A stretch of 63,973 nucleotides of DNA, filler included, from Klebsormidium nitens (lineage: Eukaryota; Plantae; Klebsormidiophyceae): NCBI GenBank assembly GCA_000708835.1. It is 7 parts of 7 records of this genome, joined end to end, with 100 filler letters (N's around TTAATTAATTAA, not from the genome) between each part and the next. Parts side by side here need not be neighbours in the genome. Positions count along the whole stretch, not along the records: positions 30,045 to 39,632 come from DF238192.1; positions 39,733 to 44,149 come from DF238538.1; 5 more parts are not named here. One strand, written 5' to 3'. Shown here piece after piece: positions 31,902 through 42,972 of the stretch (positions are counted from its first letter, which is position 1; each line of letters opens with the position of its first letter). The translations under genes and the position numbers were made by a program. Under the pieces are notes generated by a model. The model did no database searches and was not told the origin of the DNA. It saw only the letters and a list, made by a program, of their open reading frames with translations.

Positions 31902-33032
31902 CTAATTATGCAAAGTGGCTCCAAAGTCAGCCTCCATCTCTCGACAGAGGAATGGCAGATTGTAGTTGCCGAGGAAATCTCTTGTCTGTGATGGCTGGGG
32001 ATGGACCACAACACGCTCCTTTTGCTCGGTTGCCGGCGCCATCGGTGGTGTGCTCACGTTCATCCGTTTAAGTTGCTCCATCCTGTACTCATGGTCGTAT
32101 GTTGCCTGCTGCATCTTTAGCTTCTCTTGCTCAAGATTGAGATCCAATTGCCTCGTCTTATAGCCCAGCTCCGTCTGCTTCGTCTTCTCCCGTTCGATCT
32201 CTAAGCTATTGTCGTGAACATCTGACATCACGACCTCCATCGAGGTTGATAGCCTGACCGCCTTGCGCATATTGTACAAAATCTTCTCGTCGGTGAGGCT
32301 GGCTGGTGCCACAAAGATCTCGGGGTGCGTAGTGTCACCGATTGTGAGCCGCGAGAGGTTGTCCTTGATATCTCCCATGTTTCGAAAGAGCTCCTCGGCC
32401 TTTCTGTCGTCCTCAGCCTCCACCACGTGCAGCAGCTCAAAGAACAACGGCTCCTTGAAAGAAGCCTTGTGCTCCTTGTACCGTCTCCCCAGATTGGTCG
32501 TGCGCCCGAACTTGAAGAGCTTGGTCGGCCGCTGCTGGACAGCGCCGACGTAGATACACTTTTTGTTCTTGTGCAGGAGCAGCATGACCTTCTCTCTCGG
32601 GCCGATGGGTACATGGTCACGCGTGAGGGCGATGTGCGCATCCCGAATGGCAATGAAGAACCCTCGGACTGCCTTGCCACGCTCGCCCGGCGCGCACATG
32701 GCAGAGTTCTCGAATGCGTTCGTGCTCAGATAGTATTTGTCGGGCATCGAGCCTCTTTGAGCCGACCGATTTTCCCCCGTGATAAATGGTTGACCCTTCT
32801 TGTGAATGTAGTCAACATCCAGCTGAAATTGCTCCTTTAACCTGCGTGACCCATTCCCTTTTGTACTATAACCACAAAATTCCCATACAAGGTCAAAGTC
32901 GATTGGATACTTGCTCCCCTCATCGTCAAAGGCTTTGATGAAGACTCTAGCGAGATTCGCTTGGTCTGCCGAATCGAAGTTGGTGGCGACAACACGTGGG
33001 TGCGCCAAGATGGTGGCGGTCAGCTGATCCAT
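31902..33032 (-). CDS. AntA/MSV199-like DNA-binding plus T5orf172 (GIY-YIG-like) domain protein, giant-virus type (376 aa), copy 1, intact
   Basis: PIDFDLVWEFCGYSTKGNG...DY...YYLSTNAF...KAVRGFFIAI, then CIYVGAV...LFKFGRTTNLGRRYKEH, then a coiled coil EIEREKTKQ. Intronless. Confidence 0.8.
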   Translation of the reverse strand: MDQLTATILAHPRVVATNFDSADQANLARVFIKAFDDEGSKYPIDFDLVWEFCGYSTKGNGSRRLKEQFQLDVDYIHKKGQPFITGENRSAQRGSMPDKYYLSTNAFENSAMCAPGERGKAVRGFFIAIRDAHIALTRDHVPIGPREKVMLLLHKNKKCIYVGAVQQRPTKLFKFGRTTNLGRRYKEHKASFKEPLFFELLHVVEAEDDRKAEELFRNMGDIKDNLSRLTIGDTTHPEIFVAPASLTDEKILYNMRKAVRLSTSMEVVMSDVHDNSLEIEREKTKQTELGYKTRQLDLNLEQEKLKMQQATYDHEYRMEQLKRMNVSTPPMAPATEQKERVVVHPQPSQTRDFLGNYNLPFLCREMEADFGATLHN

Positions 33033-33682
33033 CTTCTGAAATTGGCGAGCGGAACTTTTCTAAGATGGGGGACGCAGATGCGTTTGAATCAATGACGGCA
33101 ACCGGCGGGCAGAAAGGAGCGTACGGCCGAATGGATCCTCGGATCAACGGGTGCGTGCGGATGGTAGTAGTCAGATTCGTGCCATTCTGAGCAATCCATG
33201 CTCGTAATGGCCCCCACAGAGCTTCCTTATACGTCGCAATTCCCCTCGAACATCACTGCAGCAATATTCGGGTGGCTTAAAACAGCATTAAAATCCATTG
33301 TGATGGAAGGCGCTCTTGGCATTGAAGTTAAGCCCTATAACAGCTCCAAATACTCCGCGTGTAGCGCGCGCATTTTTTTGTATAGCCCCGGCAGAGGCAC
33401 GTGCGCGCAAAATCATATTGGTGGTGACGTAACTCAAATCGAGTATTTGAAACCACGCGCGCGGCCTGACATGTGCGCGCGCATCGGGCGCACAAGAGCA
33501 ATAAAGGCGACCCCGGCGTGCAATCTCAACACCGCTTTGCTGACGCCTCCATCCACCGTTGTCAGTGCATAGTGTACGGTAATGCAAACGGTCTACTACT
33601 GAAGCTTCGTTCGCTCCCGCCCTACAAGGAGGTCTAATGAGCTTCTGCGTTCTGGTGGACTTTTTTTCTTCCCTTGTTGAAA

Positions 33683-35378
33683 ATGGCTACAGATGTTCCC
33701 GAGCTGCTTCGCAACATGGACAGTCTTGCAAGTTTGATCCGGGATACCGTGAAACAGGAGTTGAACCCCATGAAGAACGACCTCAAATCCGTCATGGACG
33801 ACAGGTGAGCACTGTAAAGAAAGGCTTAAACGTTGCAGAAGAAGAGCGGAGGACAATGACCAATCGTTTGATCTCACAGGAAGGACAGATTGCGGATATT
33901 GCTGCACAGCTCAAAATAAACACTGCCAGGTATGTTTACTAACTTTGAGTAGGCTGAATGCCCACCCAGACTGTGTTATGCTTGTATTCTGCAAGTCTCC
34001 TGTATGTATGGGGTTTTTTGAGAATTGCCGGTTCTGATAACATTCTGCCTTCCCTTATTAAAGATGATCGTCTAGGACAGCGTGTTTTCTTGTATGTATC
34101 ATAAGTGTTTGAGGCTTCCCACCAGTTTGCAGCATAAAGGCTATGCTTTTTAAGCCCATTTGCAGAGTTCTGAGAACTGAAATAGTGTGAATGAAACAAC
34201 GGTAGTGTTAGGAAGCTTCAGATGGCATTTGTTCGACCTTGTTGGACGGCTGGTGCCCATTAGGGTTGTAAGCGTCAGAGTACGCCAGGTGGTCACAAAG
34301 CGACTTTTACTTGTTCTATTCTGTTGAAGCTTCTGCCTTCCCCTCTTGAAAATGTATCTTGTGAAGCAAGAAGGTGATGCAGGTGCAAGAGAAATTGTAA
34401 TAGAGGGATGGAATTGAAACCCGAGCAGATTCTGTAGTCAAGTAGAACAGAAAATACAGAATGTTTCGTCTGAGGTGATATATTGCCGAGATTATTGCTC
34501 AGATTAAACAATGCATGGCTTTTCACTGGCATTTAGCATTTTGACTTGTTGCTGAGTCTTTTCTGCATACATGACTTTTCTGCATGCATGCATAGGTATT
34601 TCGACCACCATCTTTGACTCTTCTTTGTAGGCCAACGCAAGAGGATATTGTGGAGGCAACAAACGATGTTTGAGAGTACATCAGGGAGATTCGGAACAGG
34701 AACCCTGATACTATGAGTCGGGTACAACTGGCCAACATCTTCTTCAACTTCGGTGCAATGCTAGAAGATGTTTGGAACATCTTAACGTGCACGGCAACCG
34801 AACAGCCGCCTTCAGCTTTCACAAAGAAGGGCGCAACTGGGGAATCGTTTGTTCTGGTCGTGTTACAACGCCATGAGGATCAATATAATCCAAAATCACC
34901 TCTGAATAGATTATCACAGGTTGCGCCAGAAGCACACAAGGCATTCAAGTCCGCAATGGAGAAATGGATGCCACACTACGGCTCCAACAAGGACTCCATA
35001 GTGTATAGCAAGGTTGGGTTTTGGTTGCATGCGGCTCGTTTCATCCGCAACTACTCAAGCCATCGCAATCTGCGGTTAGTGCGGTCGCCGCCACCTAGGG
35101 CGATTGGAGAAGAGCCCGGAGAGGACGACGTGATGCGATTAATGGTTCCTGTGAATCCGGCTGCGTCAGCTTTTGAAGAGCGAGATATGCACACGTTCTA
35201 CCCATTCAGTGCCGGGACTTCCCCGTTTGCAAAGTATTGTACTCTTACTGGTAGGGGTTATATCACAATGTCATTGAGAGAGGTTGTGAACGAGGTAGTT
35301 GAGGTAGTAGTTGCAATAGAACCAGATTTAATGAACTGTCTGGAGGGTTGCTTACCTCCTTCAAATCTGCCTTCATAA
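33683..35378 (+). pseudogene. Coiled-coil plus possible HEPN-like (R-x4-H) protein, two exons, disrupted
   Basis: Exons 33683-33929 and 34631-35378 with an in-phase AG|GTATGT...TTGTAG|G intron. Frameshift at ~33798 and in-frame TGA at 34671. Exon 2 contains WLHAARFIRNYSSH. Confidence 0.6.
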
Positions 35379-35675
35379 TCAGATTGAAGGGTGTGAATTT
35401 GTTTCGTCCGAGTTACGAAAATCCAAGCAAACTCTCACATAGAACATGTCTCGTGCTTCTTCACAACCTAGAGACAAGTCTTCACGTATTTTTAGTCATA
35501 CGCACCATCAAGCTTAACACAGCCTTGCTATGTAGCGACAAGTAGTGACAGCTGGTTACTGTGCTTGATTGATGCAGTAACATGTTAGTCCAGAAGATCT
35601 CCTCTCAAATAGTGCTAAAGCTCATACTGATCTTAGGCCCACGCATTCGGTCTCCCGCTACGGGTCACCAGCCTA

Positions 35676-35966
35676 CTAATCAGACAACGTGGATCGAAAG
35701 TCAGCCTCCATTTCTCGACAAAGGAACGGCAGATTATATCTGCTGAGGAAATCTCTTGTCTGTGGTGGCTGAGAATGGACCACAACACGCTCTTTTTGCT
35801 CGGTTGCCGGCGCTACTAACGGTGATGTGCTCATGTGGCTCCGTTTGAGTTGTTCCATCCTGTACTCATGGTCGTATGCTGCTTGCCTAAGATTAAGCTT
35901 CAACTCCATCTGCTTCGTCTTCTCCCGCTCGATCTCTAAGCTATCGTCGTGAGCATCTGACATCAT
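35676..35966 (-). pseudogene. AntA/T5orf172 paralog, copy 3 (3' fragment)
   Basis: HDDSLEIEREKTKQ...AYDHEYRMEQLKR...QTRDFL...LCREMEADF closely matches the C-terminus of copy 1. The 3' flank (35612-35655 vs 31838-31881) is also shared. Confidence 0.85.
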
Positions 35967-37339
35967 GATATCCGTTGAACGCCTTGATAAACACAGTTGC
36001 CAGCTTCTGATCCCCCTCGAATCTCACTGCCGTAACATTCGGGTGGGTTAAAACAGCGTCCACGTCCATTGTGATGGAATATCGAGTACTACCTTTTGAT
36101 CTGAAGTAGACCTTGAGAATCTCATGGCGGAATAAAACGCACAGTGCGTTTGTTTCGGGTTCACTGTCTATGCCGTTCTCTCATCTATTGCTGCTCTTGA
36201 AGTGTGTTTGAACCACTAAATTTATTTTCTTTGCAGCATCAGCAAAACAATGACTGTACCTTCCTCCTCCAGAGAACCCCTTTACACTGAGGCTAAGATG
36301 GAGGCGACTGTTAAAAAGAAGGAGGATGAGATGCAGGCTAAGTTGGATGATTTGCAGAAGCAGCTCGACAAGGCTAGGTATGATATATTGGCAGCAGAAC
36401 GAAAGATTCTTGCCTTGGATAGGCGCACATGCAGAGACAGTTCTCTAGAGCCCCCTCTAAGCTTTTCTTGCTGATTGTAACTCCGCGTGTCGCGCGCGCA
36501 TTTTTTCTTACTACAAGATGCCCTAGTAAAGGCACGTGCACTCAACTTTACACCAGTGATCACGTAACATGTACGCGCGCGCGACTGGCGACTGGGTTTG
36601 ACTTTTCACTCCAGGACTTAAGGCGAAAAGTTACGTAACCGGCGCGTAACTTTTAAGTACCCTCCGGAGTATACGGTATTTAAGGCCTAGGGACCGGGAC
36701 CGAGTCGCTCTCTTTTAAGTGGCTACCGAATTGATGTGGCACTACCGGGCTGGCTGGAACTTGCATCTGGAGGCTGGGGGTCCGACCCCGCCTGGGTCCT
36801 ACCCCCAGACTCCCATCTAGAACAATGCTGCAATCCTATTGGCCCTCCTAAAAGTGCCCGGTAGCTACCCTAGAGGTCTAGAAACTGTACTTAAAGAAGA
36901 GGGCCTTAAGTAGTAGGGAAATGCCTCATGACTTAAGGCCTAGGACCTTACCTCTAGCACATAAGCATATGGACTAGGCGCGAGCATGCGCGCGCGCAAT
37001 CTAGCCTCACATGCTTCAACCTAACATATCCTCTCGACCACATGGCTAATGATGAGGTGCAAACAATAGGAACCAATCACAAAAACCATCTGATGTTATA
37101 TGATAAAATGAAGCACTGTTTTTAGTCACAAGGAGAAATCGTCTATAACATCGCAACTAGTGCCTACATTATACACGTGTCTTCAAATAAAAAGATTCAG
37201 CTAGCTAAGCCACACTACCTGGTTATTGAGATGTTATGCATGTATATTAATTCCACCTGTTGAACGACGCTGAACTGTAGCAGAGAGCGGGTAACCTGCA
37301 CTTGTCGTTGAAGAGATCCAACAGTGAAGGTGCCTCTGG

Positions 37340-38418
37340 TTATTGAGGGGCTAGAACGCTCCTATATTGCTCCTGCTCAAAGTTGAGGTGAGGCACCGAT
37401 ATTGGTGTGCTCAGGCTCATCCGCTTGAGTTGCTCCATTCTGTACTCGTGATCCAATTTCGCTATCTCGGCGTCGTGGTTTAGTCTTGCCATTTCCGCAT
37501 CGTGGTCCAATGTCGCTCTCTTGGCATCATGATCCATCTTCAGTTGTTTTGCTTTCTCTTGCTCGACGGCCAACGTGTTGTCGTGCGCATCCAAGATCAC
37601 CGCCTCCGTCAAGGTCGACAGCCTAACCGCCTTGCGCATATCGTACAAGATCTTCTCTTCAGTGAGGCTGGCAGGTGCCACAATTAAAGATCTCGGTGTG
37701 AGTAGTGTCCCCGACCTTGAGCGGCGAAAGGTTGTCCTTGATGTCTCCCATGTTCCGAAAGAGCCTCGGCCTTTCTGTCGTCCTCGGCCTCCACCACGTG
37801 CAGCAGCTCAAAAAACGACGGCTCCTTGAAAGAAGCTTTATGCTATTGGTACCGTCTCCCTAGGTTGATGGTGCGCCCAAACTTGAAGAGCTTGGTCGGC
37901 CGCTGCTGAACAGCACCGACGTAGATACATTTCTTGTTGTCGTGCAGGAGCAGCATGGCCTTCTCTTTGGGGCCGATGGGGTCTCGGACACGTGTGAGGG
38001 CAATGTACGCGTCCCTGATTGCGTTGAAGAAACCTCGCACGGATCTGCCACGCTTGCCCGGCGCGCACATAGCAAAGTTCTCAAATGCATTTTGTGTTAG
38101 CATGTACCTGTCCAGTGCGCCTGACAGCTTTTCACCAGGGTTAACAGCAGGGTTAACAGCAATGTTAACCCCATGTTCATCGACTTGAATGTAGTCAGCA
38201 CCGTACTGAACTTGACAACCTTTGAGTTTGCTTAACCCACTTCCCTTTGTGCTATAACCGCAGAATCTCCAAGCGTCGTCAAAGTCGATCGCGTACTTGT
38301 TTTCCGTGTCGTCAAAAGCCTTGCCAATGAAGACCTTAGCTAATCTGGCGCGATTTGCCGGATCGAAGCTGTTAGCAAGGACATGTGGATGTGCCAAGAT
38401 GGTGTTGGTCAAATCCAT
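37340..38418 (-). pseudogene. AntA/T5orf172 paralog, copy 2 (premature stop and frameshifts)
   Basis: MDLTNTILAHPHV...AIDFDDAWRFCGYSTKG...CIYVGAVQQRPTKLFKFGRTINLGRRYQ then TAG (Glu in copy 1). The remainder continues in shifted frames to 37340. Confidence 0.88.
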
Positions 38419-39732
38419 CTTTCGAGGGTAGCGGAATTTTTCAAAGACAAGAGACGCGGATGCATATCACCGCAACCAGCTGGCCGAAAGTAGCAAATGC
38501 CAGGACGAATATTCGTCCTGGCATTGGGACCGTGCCACTGCCAACAACCCATGCTCAATAGTGTCCCCAAGGAGCTTTCTTATATGTCGCACCCTCCCCG
38601 AAGACGGATCACAGGATCCACTCGAGCGCGAGCTGCCCGCGCACTTTACATAGCCCTACATTATTAAAGTGCTACCATATTGTGCCGGTGAACGGTTCAC
38701 CGGGCACTTCTTGCCCCTAAATGCAGCGTATAAAGAACCCGGTTTAAACACAGGACCGACCGAGCCCCTCTACCTAACCAGCGGAAATCTGCCCCGTACA
38801 GAGAGCCCGGTACATTACCGATAACTCTAGAATGCCAGGTGTTGCCGCTCCGAGTCTGGCATGATTCGAGTCGGTGGCCGGATTCCGGCGCGCGCCGCGC
38901 CCGGCCGACCGAGCAGGGCCCGGTCCTTATCGCGGGTGCGCGCGTAGGCTTTGCTTCTCGACACGGTCATCCAATCCTTGTTTTCAAGAACCCGGCCGTG
39001 TCGGATGTCCACGTTGGTACTAAGGCTAAGCTGACGCGTCTTTCGACGGTGTTCGCACTAGCCGAAAAACTCCCATTCTGGCCCATTCTCGCCAGTTGTC
39101 CGGCGAGTCCTGGCCGTTTCCAGCGAATCCGGCCGCAAGAAAATTGACTAGGAAAATATTTCCGTGGGTCCCATTCCCATCCAGTCTCGCCGAGATCCAT
39201 ACCTGAACAGCAAGCAGGGTACGTGACTGCGCAGGAACGACAGAGCGGGAAAAAGGCAGCTCGTCTTGCTTCAAGTTCATCCCAGACTGTGAAGGTTCAG
39301 ATCAAAAGGCAGCCGCCATGGCTGATGTACCTGCTGTTGCTGCTTAGTTTGGCGAGGAGAGTGGTCAGAAAGGGACTGACTGGGAGCTTGAATGCGAACA
39401 CCGTATGAGTCATGAGGGCCGGGCCGGGTTCTGGAGGCTTCCGATAATTTGAAACCCCCCGGCCGGTCAGTATTTTTTGGCGGGCTGTTCGTATAGGACC
39501 GGCTGAATGCTAGCATGCGCCTCTGCCGACTGATCACCCGGTAGGTTAGTAAGTTTCCCCCGACCGACATAGACCCTGGGCGAACTCTAGAAGCGAACTT
39601 TACAGTGTACAGTACCTATACTGGTCTTTTGGNNNNNNNNNNNNNNNNNNNNNNNNNNNNNNNNNNNNNNNNNNNNTTAATTAATTAANNNNNNNNNNNN
39701 NNNNNNNNNNNNNNNNNNNNNNNNNNNNNNNN

Positions 39733-40290
39733 GCCTGCCATTGGATGATCTGCAGATTGTCCAGCGTCGTCAAGCCACCTCCTGCAGACACGGCAGGATG
39801 TATGTCTCTCACCCAACCAGCTCTTTGAGCTACCAATAGATGCTTGAGGAGTTACATGGCAGCAGGAGGACAGCGGAGCACAGAAACACTCACTCGCAAC
39901 TGGGTAGTAGTGGTCGATGCATCCCGCTAGGATGGTGTTGGGAGCAGCTTGTCTGTGTATGACATTGCCAAACTTGTCCACCCTGAGATAGCTGGGATCG
40001 AATCCGAGGCAGGGCTTCAGTCTGGACCAGAGGACACTCTCAAATCCCGCCACAGAGATCCTATCCCTGTGAATTTCCTCAACTATGGGGAACCACCGCT
40101 CAAACCTCTGAGCATTCCCGACCGAAACGAAGTCATCGATGGGGGTCCAATTGTTAGGGGGGCCCCGTGGAGGGAAATGACCGTCAGCTCCCGTGTGCAA
40201 TGCCGCTAGCCTCGACAGCTTCTCGTAACCTAGCGGGTAACCTCGGACGGGATCCACCAGGAGCTCCTCCTGCGTCACCAGGTGGTCCAT
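39733..40290 (-). CDS. Plant-type HNH endonuclease-domain protein, spliced, 3'-truncated by gap
   Basis: Exons 40290-39894 and 39781-<39733 (A|GTGAGT...CTGCAG|GA). Spliced motif RVDKFGNVI...IDHYYPVA-RGGLTTLDNLQIIQWQ matches the land-plant HNH family pattern; N-terminal DPVRGYPLGYEKL. Confidence 0.8.
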
Positions 40291-40479
40291 CTCGGACGCA
40301 TGAGAAAAGTGACTTTGAAGCGAGAGTTTCCGCGCGACGGATTAGGGTTTGGTATTCGGAATTAATTTTCCACCGTCGATACGAGTCAAACGGTCGGATT
40401 TTCGAAAATACTCGGGATAAAAGAGTTTACGAAAAGTAGCCTACCTACTCGACAGAATCAAGGAAGAAGGGAGGAGGTC

Positions 40480-41260
40480 ATGGCCGCGATCGCAACTTCG
40501 GAGGAGGCGGGCTTCGTCAGGAAAGGCAACTATTGGATCTGTAAGCTGTCGTCGGAAGATGGCACCATCTGCGATCAGAGCTTCTTGCGTTCCAAGAAGG
40601 AACCTTTCCGAGAGCACAGGGTCAATGTCCACTCTGAGGAGGGGCCACTCCCTGCTCTCAAGCCAGGCCGCGTCTCTACCAAAACGAAGGCCGAACACGA
40701 TGCTGATCATGCAGCAAGACAGGCGAGATACGCAGCTAGGAACGGAAGCGAAGTCATGAAGGAGCAGAGGGATGCATGCAAGCTCAAGAAGCAGCTCGAA
40801 ATCCATAGGAACAGTTTCAAGAAGCAGTTCCCATTCCAGTCGGACATCTCTAAGCCTCAGCTCCGCCTCCCCGGCATCATGACTTTCCTGAGCAATGGAA
40901 TCTCTCACACCCCTGGGGAGCTGGATGAAAGCTCTTTCTGCGCGCATACAATGTGGGAATTGGCGAGGCACAAGCTCTGTCTGGTCAGCCTTTCTCAGCT
41001 CTGCACAAAGGCGAATCATCCCAACCACATCGCGCAATCTGCGTTGCGTGCCTATGTGGAACACGCAGGGTTGGACTTTGGGCAGGATTCACTGAGCTGG
41101 TGAGTTGCAAAGGAGAGATCTGAAGTCAGTGCAGTCATATATGTCAAGATATGTTGTCAGAAGCCTGCTGTCTCATCCTAGCTGCCTGTTCATTGAGCTC
41201 TCCTGTGCCTTTTTCCAGGTATGAGGCAGCGGTGTGGAACCCAATGATGAAGAAGATAGT
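40480..41260 (+). CDS. Hypothetical protein with N-terminal C2H2-like finger, multi-exon, truncated by gap (copy 1)
   Basis: CKLSSEDGTIC...F...FREHRVNVH. Donor TG|GTGAGT at ~41101 and acceptor TTCCAG|G at ~41219 give W-YEAAVWNPMMKKI. Confidence 0.6.
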
Positions 41261-41424
41261 NNNNNNNNNNNNNNNNNNNNGCTACGGATTAGGGTTTGGT
41301 ATTCGGAATTAATTTTCCGCCGTCGATACGAGTCAAACGGTCGGATTTTCCAAACACGCGGGAAATAGACTTTACGAAAAGGAGTCTACCTACTCGATAG
41401 AATCAAGGAAGAAGGGAGGAGGTC

Positions 41425-42205
41425 ATGGCCGCGATCGCAACTTCGGAGGAGGCGGGCTTCGTCAGGAAAGGCAACTATTGGATCTGTAAGCTGTCGTCGG
41501 AAGATGGCACCATCTGCGATCAGAGCTTCTTGCGTTCCAAGAAGGAACCTTTCCGAGAGCACAGGATCAATGTCCACTCTGAGGCAGGGCCACTCCCTGC
41601 TCTCAAGCCAGGCCGAGTCTCAACCAAAACGAAGGCCGAACACGATGCTGATCATGCAGCAAAACAGGCGAGATACGCAGCTAGGAAGGGAAGCGAAGTC
41701 ATGAAGGAGCAGAGGGATGCATGCAAGCTCAAGAAGCAGCTCGAAATTCATAGGAACAGTTTCAAGAAGCAGTTCCCATTCCAGTCAGACATCTCTAAGC
41801 CTCAGCTCCGACTCCCCGGCATCATGACTTTCCTGAGCAATGGAATCTCTCACACCCCTGGGGAGCTGGATGAAAGCCCTGTTTGCGTGCATACCATGTG
41901 GGAACTGGCGAGGCATAAGCTCTGTGTGGTCAGCCTGGCTCAGCTCTGCACGAAGGCGAATCATCCCGATCACATCGCGCAATCTGCGTTGCGTGCCTAT
42001 GTGGAACACGCAGGGTTGGACTTTGGGGAGGATTCTCTGAGCTGGTGAGTTGCAAAGGAGAATTCTAAAGTCAGTGCAGTCATACATGTCACGATATGTC
42101 GTCAGAAGCCTGCTGTCTCATCCTAGCTTCCTGTTCATTGAGCTCTCCTGTGCCTTTTTGCAGGTATGAGGCAGTAGTGTGGAACCCAATGATGAAGAAG
42201 ATAGC
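41425..42205 (+). CDS. Near-identical second copy of the C2H2-like finger gene
   Basis: 41281-42205 repeats 40333-41260 with scattered substitutions and is flanked by N gaps on both sides. Confidence 0.55.
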
Positions 42206-42666
42206 NNNNNNNNNNNNNNNNNNNNNNNNNNNNNNNNNNNNNNNNNNNNNNNNNNNNNNNNNNNNNNNNNNNNNNNNNNNNNNNNNNNNNNNNNNNNNNN
42301 NNNNNNNNNNNNNNNNNNNNNNNNNNNNNNNNNNNNNNNNNNNNNNNNNNNNNNNNNNNNNNNNNNNNNNNNNNNNNNNNNNNNNNNNNNNNNNNNNNNN
42401 NNNNNNNNNNNNNNNNNNNNNNNNNNNNNNNNNNNNNNNNNNNNNNNNNNNNNNNNNNNNNNNNNNNNNNNNNNNNNNNNNNNNNNNNNNNNNNNNNNNN
42501 NNNNNNNNNNNNNNNNNNNNNNNNNNNNNNNNNNNNNNNNNNNNNNNNNNNNNNNNNNNNNNNNNNNNNNNNNNNNNNNNNNNNNNNNNNNNNNNNNNNN
42601 NNNNNNNNNNNNNNNNNNNNNNNNNNNNNNNNNNNNNNNNNNNNNNNNNNNNNNNNNNNNNNNNNN

Positions 42667-42794
42667 ATTTCGGATACTTGCTTTCGGATGCTTCCGCTGC
42701 TATGTGGCTTTCGGATGCTCCCACTGTGATATGCCTTTCGGATGCTCCCAAGCTCTCGGACGAGACCTTCGGACGCCGATTTCTCGTGTGCCAT
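42667..42794 (-). CDS. Start of a basic repeat protein (GSIRK x3), truncated by the 461-N gap
   Basis: AATAAA-ATG start; MAHEKSASEGLVRELGSIRKAYHSGSIRKPHSSGSIRKQVSE with 27-bp repeats (TCGGA at 42684, 42711, 42738). Confidence 0.4.
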
Positions 42795-42972
42795 TTTATT
42801 CTGGACAAACTGTAAGTCAGTCTAGGAACCTGACAACCCTAAAAACCCCCCTCGCAGTAGGGATGACCATTGCCACTCATACCGTTACCACATGACTCCC
42901 TACCGTTTTCGCCAACCGTGACTCCCAGTTCGGACGCTTTTGTTATATACGCCAGGCAGAGCTGGAGAGACC

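Noticed and set aside
36250-36474. Short coiled-coil ORF
   Set aside because: An isolated exon-like fragment with no identifiable partner exons or family.
40340-40348. TTAGGGTTT as a telomere
   Set aside because: Single unit only; at most a telo-box promoter element.
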